The notes beneath the pieces were generated by a model. The model did not search any database, had not been told where the DNA came from, and saw only the letters and a program-made list of their open reading frames with translations. Position numbers and translations under genes: made by a program. Positions 32,060-41,326 of a DNA stretch of 64,000 nt are shown here, one piece after another. Source of the stretch: an uncultured Verrucomicrobiae bacterium. GTDB lineage: Bacteria; Verrucomicrobiota; Verrucomicrobiia; Chthoniobacterales; JAFAMB01. Numbering within the stretch: the first letter of the stretch is position 1; each line of letters opens with the position of its first letter. Location: contig CAWIPH010000002.1 of assembly GCA_963837955.1 (NCBI GenBank), positions 3,360,001-3,424,000 of the forward strand, in the 5' to 3' direction.

Positions 32060-32300
32060 GATGTTTTCCGGGCGGTGAGGATAAATCCCTTTCCCGATCT
32101 TGCTCATGGCCCCTGAAAAAGGGTTGTGCGCCTGGGTTGGCGTCAACGCGAGCTGCCGCGTCGCGGCATGCAGCGCGCCGTAAACCGGTAATTCAGTGGA
32201 CCGGAAACGGGCAATAATTCCGAAAGCCCACTCGGCATAATTGCCGGCACTCAAACCGGGTCTGGACTCCAGAACGGCCGCGCTGAATGCTTTCAAATCG
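32060..32300 (-). ncRNA. Structured 5' leader, candidate xanthine (NMT1-motif) riboswitch with a large insertion
   Basis: Minus-strand AAGCATTCAGCG (32292-32281) and CCGCCCGGAAA (32075-32065) resemble the two conserved strands of the motif as I recall it. Several hairpins lie between them, upstream of purine-oxidation genes. Confidence 0.35.
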
Positions 32301-32541
32301 CGATTGGGGGGCATGAACAGCCTCAACTACCATAAATACAATAAAATAAAGAACAGAGGACCGTCAATAAAAGACGCGTCCCCTCGCCTGCCGCTCATTT
32401 TCTGACATTGCGTTGCGTGTGATTTCCCTGAGGCCTCGGCGTTTCCGACCGTCTGAAGTGACAAGGCAACGACCTTCCTCGAGATCGCGATCTTCGCGCT
32501 GCACTCTACCGCGACGCTCGAGGCAATGGCCCGTCTCTTAC

Positions 32542-32623
32542 TTAGAGAAACATTCCGCCCGGAAGCCTTCAGGCGCTGAGCGTTAACCCACCTTCCCTCC
32601 TCCGAACAAAGAAAGGCGACGAC
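32542..32623 (-). pseudogene. SDR C-terminal fragment
   Basis: VVAFLCSEEGRWVNAQRLKAS(G)GMFL* with one frameshift. Confidence 0.55.
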
Positions 32624-32960
32624 GCATTCAACTGCCAAGGGAGAATCCGGGCCTGCCGCCATCCAGCTTTTCCCCAACAAACGGGCGTTCGAAGTCTGAT
32701 CGCTAGCCGAAAACTCTTCCTTCGAAAGAGCGATACGACGGTAGTCACATTGGCAGCGCCAAAGTCTGCTCACCTGATCAATAGCGAGCGATCGTGCGGG
32801 AGGACATGCTCTTTCCCATGGCGAATAGCGGTCTATCACTTCAGGAACGAAGCCCATCAGCAGGCCTTAGCATCTTCGCTGTGCGCTTCCGGAGCAAAGT
32901 GCAATCCGCCGCCGTGGTCAGTAAAAACTCGACCTACTAAATCCCGAGCCCTCCCCTGCC

Positions 32961-33152
32961 ATGCACGACGCAATCCGGACCTACGCAGAACTCCAACAGC
33001 ACATGCACGACGCCCTACGCGAGCAAAATCCGGAGTGGGTCGCGCCGAACGGCGACAGTCCTACCTGCCATTCCTATGAGAGGCGATTCGCCGACCTGCT
33101 AGCCCTTTTTGCCGAGAGCGGAACACGCCGGGCCCAAACCCTAAACGGTTAA
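32961..33152 (+). CDS. Small hypothetical protein
   Basis: ELQQHMHDALREQNPEWVAPNGDSPTCHSYERRF resembles a small-protein family I recall from Chthoniobacterales. Confidence 0.65.
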   Translation: MHDAIRTYAELQQHMHDALREQNPEWVAPNGDSPTCHSYERRFADLLALFAESGTRRAQTLNG

Positions 33153-33396
33153 CTATCGCTCGCTATGTCTGATACTCTCTGCCGGCAAGCCGTCTACACT
33201 AGCGGCTTTTCTCTCATGCGCGTCATGATGCATGCGGTATGCCTGCTTCGCCGTCCTGGCAAAGCGGCCTTTTTCTTTGCTGGCATGCGCCGAGAATTCT
33301 CTATCCTGTGCCACCGATGTTAGCCTTCTCTCAAGAAAGAGGTGCTACCTCGGCCTTCAAGTCCGATGCAGTGCCGCTTTGCGGCGTCCACAGATC

Positions 33397-34080
33397 TCAT
33401 TTGTCCCCAAGATTGACAGGCTCCTTACTTGAACCGAAGTGGTCCACTTCAAACAGGCGCTGCATGTTCTGTTGGGCGGGTTCGTAATTTTTGTCGAGCT
33501 TGATCGCCCGGCCGTAGTACTTTTTCGCTTTGACGTAGTCCTCAAGTATCTCGGCCAAGACGCCAGCTAGATTGAATGCTTCGACCGACTTCGGGTTCAG
33601 CTCCGACGCCTTCACTAAGTGCAGCCGAGCCTTGGCAAACGCGCGCAGATTGAGGCAGCGCTTCGCCGCGGCTATGTGGGCGCTGAAAGTCTCGGCTGGT
33701 GTGTCGTCCTGTCGACCGTGCCGCTTTATAATTTCAGCCACAATGCTTCGAAATTCCTCGGGGCGAAGCGGTTTTTGCAGGAAGTCGATTGCGCCGAGTT
33801 TCATGGCCTTGACCGCATGGGTGACATCGCTGTACGCGGTAACGATCATCGCCGGGACTCCAATTCCGCTTTCGCGTATCTTTGCGAGCAGTTCTAATCC
33901 GTCCATCCCAGGCATCCGCATGGCGAGGATCGCAAGGGCGAATGAATGCGTAGCAAGCAACTGTACCGCCTGCTCTCCTGAACGGGCTTCAAAAATTTCG
34001 TAGCCTTCCGTTTCAAGCGTAATCCGAAAGTTCAGACGCACATTCGGCTCGTCATCGACAATGAGAAGCCGTTCATTCAT
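33397..34080 (-). CDS. Response regulator (REC plus TPR) with phosphoacceptor Asp replaced by Ala
   Basis: LIVDDE, ILAMRMPGMDG (A53), VTAY, FLQKP; C-terminal TPRs. Confidence 0.9.
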   Translation of the reverse strand: MNERLLIVDDEPNVRLNFRITLETEGYEIFEARSGEQAVQLLATHSFALAILAMRMPGMDGLELLAKIRESGIGVPAMIVTAYSDVTHAVKAMKLGAIDFLQKPLRPEEFRSIVAEIIKRHGRQDDTPAETFSAHIAAAKRCLNLRAFAKARLHLVKASELNPKSVEAFNLAGVLAEILEDYVKAKKYYGRAIKLDKNYEPAQQNMQRLFEVDHFGSSKEPVNLGDK

Positions 34081-34300
34081 GCGGTAACTCCGTTATTAGT
34101 CGTTGGAAGGTCAAAATAGAACTCGTTCCCCGCGTACTCTGCGGAGCCGATGTTTCCTCCGTGCGAAACGGCCATTTCTCCAGCGGTTGCGAGTCCAAGT
34201 CCCGTGCCTGTCGAGTCTTAGATGCCTGGAACGCGGAAGAGGCGCGAAAAAATGCGTGGTTGAAATTCTTTGGGGATACGGGCCCATGATCGAGCATGCT
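34077..34300 (-). pseudogene. Histidine kinase HATPase_c C-terminal remnant
   Basis: DHGP/IPKEFQPRIFSRLFRVPGI*DSTGTGLGLATAGEMAVSHGGNIG...EFYFDLP, with a frameshift and a stop. Its TGA overlaps the regulator ATG. Confidence 0.8.
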
Positions 34301-34325
34301 ATTCTTCGGTCGAAACAAGAACCTG

Positions 34326-34464
34326 AGCTAACCGCATGCCCGACCGGGTAGTTTCTCACAGGAATCTGGTTTTCCGCGAGTCCACCCAATGCTACTAACC
34401 AAAATACAGCGACTGAATTAGCATATCGCGAGCTTCGACTACCGAAACACTAGCAATCTGCGAG
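34326..34464 (-). promoter_or_regulatory. Degenerate sigma-54 promoter with paired enhancer boxes
   Basis: Minus strand CGGGCATGCGGTTAGCT (GG-N10-GC, 34342-34326). Boxes TAGCATATCGCGAG (34419) and TAGCAATCTGCGAG (34451) are 32 bp apart. Confidence 0.5.
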
Positions 34465-34608
34465 TCCCCAACATTTAAAAAGCGATTACTGCCGGCTTCA
34501 TTCTATGCTCTGAAGCAGCGCATCTTACTGGGGGCTTACTCTGATCTTTATCCCTCTTGTTGAATCGGATTATACTCGGTTTGGCGGAAGAGTAATCCTG
34601 AGTGAACT

Positions 34609-34711
34609 TCGCAGTCTGCGAGTGCTTACGATACTAGCTGTTAATGTAATCTGCCGCGCCCCTCGCAAAACAGTTTTATAAGGCGCAAATCAGCTTGGCA
34701 CGAGTAAAGCT
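34609..34711 (+). promoter_or_regulatory. Sigma-54-type promoter with enhancer box (relic kdp promoter)
   Basis: TCGCAGTCTGCGAG at 34609. CTTGGCACGAGTAAAGCT at 34694-34711 is 17/18 identical to the element upstream of kdpFABC. Confidence 0.65.
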
Positions 34712-34778
34712 CTGTGCCAAGTGTGGCGATGTCGGGTCGCCTCTAGCAATAAGTTGTCCGCTAGAAAGGGTTGAGCGT

Positions 34779-34948
34779 CAGCTCGATCGGGACGACACCA
34801 AGCGTGATGCAGCCGATAAACGTAAAGAGATAGACCAAACCTTGCGGGCGAACGCTTCGGCCCCGTTTGAGGGGCTGGTTGGTGACAAGTTTGTTAACGT
34901 GCTGGAATTAACCTCGAACTTTGTAAACGGTACGGAGTACCAAAATAA
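34779..34948 (+). pseudogene. kdpC 3'-end remnant
   Basis: QLDR-DDTKRDAADKRKEIDQTLRANASAPFEGLVGDKFVNVLE matches the intact KdpC end QLDRVASKWADDTKRDGAEVRKEIDQILQSNASAAFSGLAGEKFVNVLE. Confidence 0.85.
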
Positions 34949-34954
34949 TTTGAA

Positions 34955-35941
34955 ATGAGCGATCGACAACCACCAGAATTTATTTTGCAGCGTCAAGGGC
35001 AACCGATCTTTCGCCGATCATTCCTGTTTAGCCTGGTTGTTGGCATCGTCGTTGTGATCCTCATTGCCCTCTTCGCTCTCGATTCATACTTCGTCGTCGA
35101 ACCCACAGAGATGGCGGGTGTGCGACGCCTTGGACAAGTTATTACCACCAACCCCCTCGGACCGGGCCTGCATTTCAAGCTGCCGTTCATCGACCAGGTC
35201 GATCGGTTACAGGTGTCTTTGGACACGTTTAAGCTCGACAGGCTTACCGTGAACACAATCGATAACCAGCCGATAGCAGTGACTGTCGGTCTTACCTATC
35301 GCATTCCTCCCAAGGCGGTGCTGCCGCTTCTCTATGAGGTTGGCCGCGCGGGTAATTTTGATATTACAGAGAATTTCGAGCGGATCGTCGCCGATCGAAC
35401 CGCGAAAATTTTCGCCCAGCAGAATACGACTCGAATCAGTGAAAACCGCGACCAAATTTTAAACGCCCTCAAAACCCTTCTATCGAATGATCTCGGTACC
35501 CTCTACCACATAGAAGTGGTGGATTTCCAGATCGCCGGCATCATCTATTCAGATAGTTTCCGTGCTTCGGTTGAAGCTGCAGTTAAGGCTAAGAACGAGG
35601 CGGTTGCCGCCGAGAATACTGTGAATCGGATCCGATTCGAAGCTCAGCAAGCAGTCGAGCGGGCGAACGGCGAGGCCGCGGCGAAACTCAAATTGGCTGA
35701 TGCAGACCGCCAATCGACGATTTTGAGCGCTCAGGGCAGGGCCGAAGGAATACGGCTTGAGGGTGAATCACGTGCAGCAGTACTCCGCATGAATGCTGAA
35801 ATCCTGAAAACCAGCCCTCTCGTGATCGACCTCGCCAAAGCAGACCGTTGGAATGGTGCGTTACCACTGACTTTGCTCCAGGGTACTGGTACTATGCCAC
35901 TTTTGTCATTGCCGCCGCTCGAAACAACCGAAAAGAAGTGA
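34955..35941 (+). CDS. SPFH/prohibitin (band 7) family protein
   Basis: N-terminal TM, LGPGLHFKLPFIDQV, Ala/Glu-rich coiled coil (AQGRAEG), RWNGALP. Confidence 0.9.
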   Translation: MSDRQPPEFILQRQGQPIFRRSFLFSLVVGIVVVILIALFALDSYFVVEPTEMAGVRRLGQVITTNPLGPGLHFKLPFIDQVDRLQVSLDTFKLDRLTVNTIDNQPIAVTVGLTYRIPPKAVLPLLYEVGRAGNFDITENFERIVADRTAKIFAQQNTTRISENRDQILNALKTLLSNDLGTLYHIEVVDFQIAGIIYSDSFRASVEAAVKAKNEAVAAENTVNRIRFEAQQAVERANGEAAAKLKLADADRQSTILSAQGRAEGIRLEGESRAAVLRMNAEILKTSPLVIDLAKADRWNGALPLTLLQGTGTMPLLSLPPLETTEKK

Positions 35942-36396
35942 CGCGATCTTCGAGGGCTTGACGCCCTGTGATCTTCTTGCAAGCCAAGAGCAGCTTGAGA
36001 AAAAGCCTGGATTTCGCTCCGAATCGTCGTTGTGCCTGAGTCGTTCAACTTCGATCTCTTTATCAACTATTGCTGCGAGCACAACGGGCCGGGGTATATC
36101 TCGAAGCTCGTAGCCCCGCATCCGGAAAAAATACCGTGACTTCACTGGCGGTGAGAAACTCCGCGTCTTCTTCGTGGAAGACGAGGCCGGCGATAGGAAC
36201 GACTGGCAGCAAAGGACTCTAGACGGCATTCGTTCGAGCCGTCTCCTGTCCGCAACCGCAGACCCCAAGGAGATCTCACTCTCGCGATCTTCGGAGAAAG
36301 TCGCAAAGTCAGGTTGATTCGGAATGGCCGAGCATGCAGATAGGAAGGGCCTTGGGAACTTAGCCCATAAGGGGGAAGAGATGTGCTCCGCGACAA

Positions 36397-36592
36397 TCGT
36401 CCCGGAGGGACCCTATGAAAGTAGCCCAGTACGAAGTGCTGGGTTGGTGTCCAAAAAAAGCGGCCCGTCCCGGATGGGACGATCGACTCCTCCTCACGCT
36501 TGTGAAACCACACCCGAGAGACCAGGAGCCAAACGTTTCGATCGTCCCGGACGGACATCTCTTTTGCATCATGTCCCACCACTCGTACTGGG
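36397..36592. mobile_element. Palindromic MITE/REPIN-like element, right arm truncated
   Basis: Same family and orientation as 47773-47999: TCGTCCCGGAGGGACC..ATGAAAGTAGCCCAGTACGAAGTGCTGGG... Confidence 0.75.
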
Positions 36593-36636
36593 TTGGTCTT
36601 CAAACGGCGGACCACTGAGCGTCGCTCTTAAAGCTA

Positions 36637-36787
36637 TCGCAGTTTGCGAGCCTCCTTTTATGCACACCTCGCACGATGCCAGAATGAGAGCCTTCCCAGA
36701 AATCTTCGTCCAGGTCGCGGCTCGATAAAAACAGCTGGGCGATCCGCTGAGAAGTATCGCTCAGAGAAACTTGGCATGAGTAAAGCT
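36637..36787 (+). promoter_or_regulatory. Sigma-54-type promoter and paired enhancer boxes of kdpFABC
   Basis: TCGCAGTTTGCGAG (36637) and TCGCACGATGCCAG (36669) are 32 bp apart. CTTGGCATGAGTAAAGCT (GG-N10-GC) at 36770-36787. Confidence 0.7.
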
Positions 36788-37022
36788 AACTTCTCGTCGG
36801 CAGAGAAAGCCAATTAGTGAAACTGTTTTCAGCAATCCTCTTAGCTGAACGCAGTTAGTAGTTAACAGTTCGCGTTCTGGTGCTCCTCCTGCCCCAAGCG
36901 CGATACGTTGTTGGTAGTTCTGGCATACCCCCCTCTTGCTAGGACCAGACTTACGTCGTGGATGCTCGTGCTGCGATTGAGGGCAGCGGGGCCAGTCATT
37001 CTATCGGAAAGTATAAAATAGT

Positions 37023-37118
37023 ATGCAGCTCGAAATTTGGTTGCCAGCAATGTTTTTGCTGGGTCTGGTGTCAATGGGTGGGTGCTTTCTTTTCATGAAG
37101 GCATGCGAAGAAATCTAA
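37023..37118 (+). CDS. Small membrane peptide upstream of kdpF
   Basis: MQLEIWLPAMFLLGLVSMGGCFLFMKACEEI*, one TM helix. Too short for the ORF track. Confidence 0.7.
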   Translation: MQLEIWLPAMFLLGLVSMGGCFLFMKACEEI

Positions 37119-37130
37119 GGCAAAACGAAC

Positions 37131-37211
37131 ATGATCTTCCTAACGGCTCTTATAGCGCTCCTGCTCTTCATTTACTTGTTTGTTGCTCTGGTTCGTCCGG
37201 AATGGTTTTGA
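37131..37211 (+). CDS. kdpF: K+-transporting ATPase subunit F
   Basis: MIFLTALIALLLFIYLFVALVRPEWF* carries the KdpF signature YL..AL..PE.F. Confidence 0.88.
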   Translation: MIFLTALIALLLFIYLFVALVRPEWF

Positions 37212-37257
37212 ACCAGGCTGTTTGGTAACCACCTAACAATGGAAAGAGTTTAGAACC

Positions 37258-39075
37258 ATGTGGCTTCTACCGATTTCAATTCTTGTCGTAACGACATTAT
37301 TAGCAATCCCCCTGAGCAAATACTTAGCCTGGATAATGGACGGAAAGTATCGGCCATTACCATTTTTCCGTTCGATCGAGACCCGGCTAAATAGCGGTCC
37401 GCAAAATTGGAAACAGTATACCGTTTCCTTACTGCTGTTTAATACCGTTCTGTTCGTGTTCGGATTTATAGTGCTCTTTCTCCAGCCTTGGATGCCTTTG
37501 AATGGTCTAGGCAGAGGTATGCTGGCGCCGACTACGATCTTTCACAGCGTCGTGTCGTTCATGACCAATACCGATTTACAGCATTATTCGGGGGATCAAC
37601 ATTTTTCGAATTTCAGCCAGATCTTTTTCTGCCTGACCAACTTCTTTCTATCCGCTTCAATCGGTTTCTGTGGACTTTCGGCGATAATCAGGGCACTGCG
37701 GGGCGACTCCAAAATTGGAAACTTCTTCGTCGATATGTGGAGGGTGGTCATCTACACCTTCCTGCCGATCTCGTTTATATTAGCAATAGTCTTTCTGCAG
37801 CAAGGGAGCCCGATGACATTCGATAGCGCTCATCAGGTTTCCACTCTCGAGCCAGCCGCCATGGGCACTGGTGACAATGGACAGGTGAAGCAACAAACGA
37901 TTGTAGTAGGTCCTCTGGCTGCCTTTGTACCGATGAAACAGCTCGGCACGAATGGGGGCGGATTTTACGGCATGAATTCCGCCCATCCGTTCGAGAACCC
38001 GACGGACGTTACTAACTTTCTGTCCTGTATCGCGATGATGCTCTTCCCGTTCTCTCTCGTGCTGATGTACGGGCGAATGTTGAAGAGGATACGACACTCC
38101 GTGGTGATATTCGGCGTGATGGCCGTGCTGATGATCGGTACGGTGGCCTGGGCTATTTGGTTTGACACGCTACAGCCCAACCCAGGTCTGACCGGGCGCT
38201 CAACGGCTCAGACATATCAGATGCCAAGTCCAAACGCACCCGGAGGTAAACGGGATGTCACCCTACCGGCGGTAGCATCTTTGCCGGTGGATCAACACCT
38301 CGGTAATCTCGAAGGCAAGGAGATACGGTTCGGGACTTCAGCAGGTGCGACTTTTGCCGCTCTCACTGTCGATGTCACTGACGGGGCGGTAAATTGTGAG
38401 CACGATAGTCTCAATCCCATAGCTGCCTTGTCGCCGATGGTTGGCATGTGGCTAAACTGTATCTTTGGGGGCAAGGGCGTCGGCATGATTAACCTATTGC
38501 TCTTTTTGATAGTCGGCGTTTTCGTTGCCGGCCAGATGGTCGGGCGAACTCCCGAATATCTAGGTAGGAAAATCGGCGGCCGCGAGATGAAGCTGGCAAT
38601 GATTGCACTCCTCATTCACCCAATCATGATTCTTTGGCCGACTGGACTTTTTTCGGCAACTGACTGGGGTACCAAAGCAGAGAACAATCCAGGACCCCAC
38701 GGCTTCTCTGAGATCATGTACCAGTTTTCTTCTGCCTCGGCCAATAACGGTTCAGCCTTTGACGGACTCGGAGTCACCTATGGACTTAATAACAATCCGA
38801 ATCCTTCCCCGACGGCTGTGCCATGGGATATTGCTACCGGCCTGGTGATAATCATCAGTCGTTTTCTGCCGATCATTGCACCGATCGCAATGGCAGCAAG
38901 TCTTGGCGCGAAGAAGGCGGTTCCGTTTGGACTAGGCACCTTGCGTGACGACACAACGACGTTTGGGTTCCTACTATGCGCAACTATTCTAATTATCGGT
39001 TCCTTGTTATTCCTGCCGGTCGCCGCCCTCGGGCCGCTCGCGGAGCATTTGGGACCTATCCCGTTCGGGGGCTGA
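37258..39075 (+). CDS. kdpA: K+-transporting ATPase subunit A
   Basis: SFMTNTDLQHYSG, KQLGTNGGG, NSAHPFENP, EGKEIRFG, GRTPEYLG, SANNGSAF. Confidence 0.96.
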   Translation: MWLLPISILVVTTLLAIPLSKYLAWIMDGKYRPLPFFRSIETRLNSGPQNWKQYTVSLLLFNTVLFVFGFIVLFLQPWMPLNGLGRGMLAPTTIFHSVVSFMTNTDLQHYSGDQHFSNFSQIFFCLTNFFLSASIGFCGLSAIIRALRGDSKIGNFFVDMWRVVIYTFLPISFILAIVFLQQGSPMTFDSAHQVSTLEPAAMGTGDNGQVKQQTIVVGPLAAFVPMKQLGTNGGGFYGMNSAHPFENPTDVTNFLSCIAMMLFPFSLVLMYGRMLKRIRHSVVIFGVMAVLMIGTVAWAIWFDTLQPNPGLTGRSTAQTYQMPSPNAPGGKRDVTLPAVASLPVDQHLGNLEGKEIRFGTSAGATFAALTVDVTDGAVNCEHDSLNPIAALSPMVGMWLNCIFGGKGVGMINLLLFLIVGVFVAGQMVGRTPEYLGRKIGGREMKLAMIALLIHPIMILWPTGLFSATDWGTKAENNPGPHGFSEIMYQFSSASANNGSAFDGLGVTYGLNNNPNPSPTAVPWDIATGLVIIISRFLPIIAPIAMAASLGAKKAVPFGLGTLRDDTTTFGFLLCATILIIGSLLFLPVAALGPLAEHLGPIPFGG

Positions 39076-39132
39076 ATATAACCCTGACTAACTGGAACGC
39101 ATTTAACATTCCCTAAGAGAAAACTCACTCAG

Positions 39133-41295
39133 ATGGCAAAGGTATTGAATCCAGCTCAGGCTTCACGCGAGCTCACTACGCCGCCGGGACGACTCCCTTT
39201 CCGGCGGAAGAATCCCTTACTGGCACCGGGTACGGTAGGACCGGCCATAAAGCAGGCGTTTATCATGTTGCGCCCTGACATCCAGTGGAAGAACCCCGTG
39301 ATGTTTGTGGTGGAAGTAGGCGCTTTTCTAACCCTGTTTTACTTAATTCAAGCGTGTCTCGGGAAATCCGAGAGCCAGGTTTCGATTGGCTACTTCGTAG
39401 CGCTTGATATCTGGCTTTTTCTAACGGTGCTATTCGCAAATTTTGCGACGGCGGTAGCGGAAGCACGCGGCAAGGCGCAGGCGGAGTCGCTGAGGCGGGT
39501 ACGTCACGACACGATTGCGCATCGGCTGACGTCCCGCAACGGCATCGAGGAAGTTTCCTCGGCGGTTTTGCTGCCAGGCGATCAGGTTGTCGTAAAGGCA
39601 GGACAGTTTGTTCCCGGCGACGGCGAAATCGTCAAAGGCATTGCGTCGATCGATGAATCGGCCATAACCGGCGAGTCGGCCCCGGTCATTCGCGAGTCGG
39701 GAGGGGACCGGTCCGGGGTGACTGGAGGCACGCTGGTAGTCTCTGATCAAATAGTGATCAAGATCACCTCTGGTGCCGGGGAATCGTTTCTCGATCGGAT
39801 GATCGGGTTAGTTGAGGGAGCGATTCGGCAGCGCACACCGAACGAGATTGCGTTGACTTTGGTGCTGAGCGCTTTCTCACTCATCTTCCTCATCGTGGTG
39901 ATACCACTTTGGCCGATGGCGTTCAATGCCGAGCAGTACATGAAGAGCTATCTCGGCTTAACAGACCAATTGAAAAGTCTCGGTACCGACGTGCCAACTC
40001 TCATCGCGCTCCTGGTCTGTTTGATCCCGACAACTATTGGTGCTCTCTTAGCAGCAATCGGGATCGCCGGTATGGACCGCGCCCTTCGAGCCAACGTTCT
40101 CGCGAAAAGCGGGAAGGCGGTCGAGACCGCTGGTGACATTGACGTGGTATTACTCGATAAGACCGGAACTATCACAGTCGGAAATCGGCACGCTACCGCG
40201 TTTCTTCCAGTCGGGCAGTACGCCGCTGCCGACGTTGGTCGCCTGGCGTTCCTGGCCTCGGCCGCTGACGAAACGCCGGAGGGGAAGACGATTGTCACTA
40301 AAGCCAAAGAGCTGCAACCGCCTAGACAGGCGGCCATGAGCGTGCCAGACGGTTCCAAGTTCATACCTTTTACCGCTCAAACTCGCATGAGCGGAGTCGA
40401 TCTTCCGGACGGAAGTAAAATCCGCAAAGGGGCAGCAGACGCTATCGTCGACTTTGTCGAGGAGCAGCACGGCAGTATCCCAGCAGAGCTTGATGGGTTA
40501 GTTACCCGAGTCGCTTCGGAGGGCGCCACACCGCTCGTTGTTGCTGAAAATAATCAGATGGTGGGCGTCGTAGTGCTCGAAGACGTCTTGAAACCTGCGA
40601 TGAACGAGCGTTTTGAACGGCTTCGCAGAATGGGTTTACGCACGGTCATGATCACCGGAGATAACCCTTTGACGGCTGCGACCATTGCGAAGAAAGCGGG
40701 CATCGATGACTTCCTGGCGCAAGCAACCCCGGAGGCAAAGCTAGCTTACATCCGCAAAGAGCAAGCAGAAGGCAAGCTAGTTGCCATGATGGGCGATGGC
40801 ACTAACGACGCGCCGGCCCTCGCGCAAGCCGATGTCGCCCTGGCCATGAACGCCGGAACGCAGGCCGCCAAAGAAGCCGCCAACATGGTCGACCTGGATA
40901 GCGATCCGACCAAGCTGATCGAAGTGGTCGAAATCGGCAAACAACTCTTAATGACTCGAGGAGCGTTAACCACCTTTTCCGTCGCCAATGATGTAGCGAA
41001 ATATTTCGCGATCATTCCGGCGCTCTTCGCCGGCACCTTGCCGTGGCTGAAAGCGGTTGATGTCATGCAGTTGCATTCGCCGACGTCAGCAATTCTATCG
41101 GCGGTCATTTTCAACGCTCTCATTATTCCAGCATTGATTCCGGTAGCCCTTAGAGGGGTTAGTTACAAGCCTTTGGGAGCAGACGCGTTGCTGCGAAGAA
41201 ACTTATTAGTCTGGGGACTAGGGGGCGTCATCCTTCCGTTCCTAGGCATTAAACTCATCGATCTGATAATGGTCGCCTTCCATTTGGTTGCTTGA
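39133..41295 (+). CDS. kdpB: K+-transporting ATPase subunit B
   Basis: NPVMFVVE, TGESAPV, CLIPTTIG, DKTGT, GDGTNDAPAL. Confidence 0.97.
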   Translation: MAKVLNPAQASRELTTPPGRLPFRRKNPLLAPGTVGPAIKQAFIMLRPDIQWKNPVMFVVEVGAFLTLFYLIQACLGKSESQVSIGYFVALDIWLFLTVLFANFATAVAEARGKAQAESLRRVRHDTIAHRLTSRNGIEEVSSAVLLPGDQVVVKAGQFVPGDGEIVKGIASIDESAITGESAPVIRESGGDRSGVTGGTLVVSDQIVIKITSGAGESFLDRMIGLVEGAIRQRTPNEIALTLVLSAFSLIFLIVVIPLWPMAFNAEQYMKSYLGLTDQLKSLGTDVPTLIALLVCLIPTTIGALLAAIGIAGMDRALRANVLAKSGKAVETAGDIDVVLLDKTGTITVGNRHATAFLPVGQYAAADVGRLAFLASAADETPEGKTIVTKAKELQPPRQAAMSVPDGSKFIPFTAQTRMSGVDLPDGSKIRKGAADAIVDFVEEQHGSIPAELDGLVTRVASEGATPLVVAENNQMVGVVVLEDVLKPAMNERFERLRRMGLRTVMITGDNPLTAATIAKKAGIDDFLAQATPEAKLAYIRKEQAEGKLVAMMGDGTNDAPALAQADVALAMNAGTQAAKEAANMVDLDSDPTKLIEVVEIGKQLLMTRGALTTFSVANDVAKYFAIIPALFAGTLPWLKAVDVMQLHSPTSAILSAVIFNALIIPALIPVALRGVSYKPLGADALLRRNLLVWGLGGVILPFLGIKLIDLIMVAFHLVA

Positions 41296-41326
41296 ACTTT
41301 CACTATTTACTCTTGGGGATATTTAT

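Noticed and set aside
34524..34552. KdpE-like direct repeats CTTACT/CTTACT/TTTATC
   Set aside because: Short, with imperfect periodicity, absent upstream of the intact kdp operon, and no kdpE in the window.
34695..34958. 87-aa ORF as an independent gene
   Set aside because: It begins inside the promoter element, and its second half is the frameshifted kdpC relic.
36743..36805. c-di-AMP (ydaO) riboswitch upstream of kdp (GCTGA...AGCTAAC..TCGTCGG)
   Set aside because: The central conserved G-rich segments and stems are missing. The AGCT is better explained as the -12 element of the sigma-54 promoter.
36921..36940. Second sigma-54 promoter TGGCAT...TTGCT
   Set aside because: GG-to-GC spacing is 14 nt, not the required 10.
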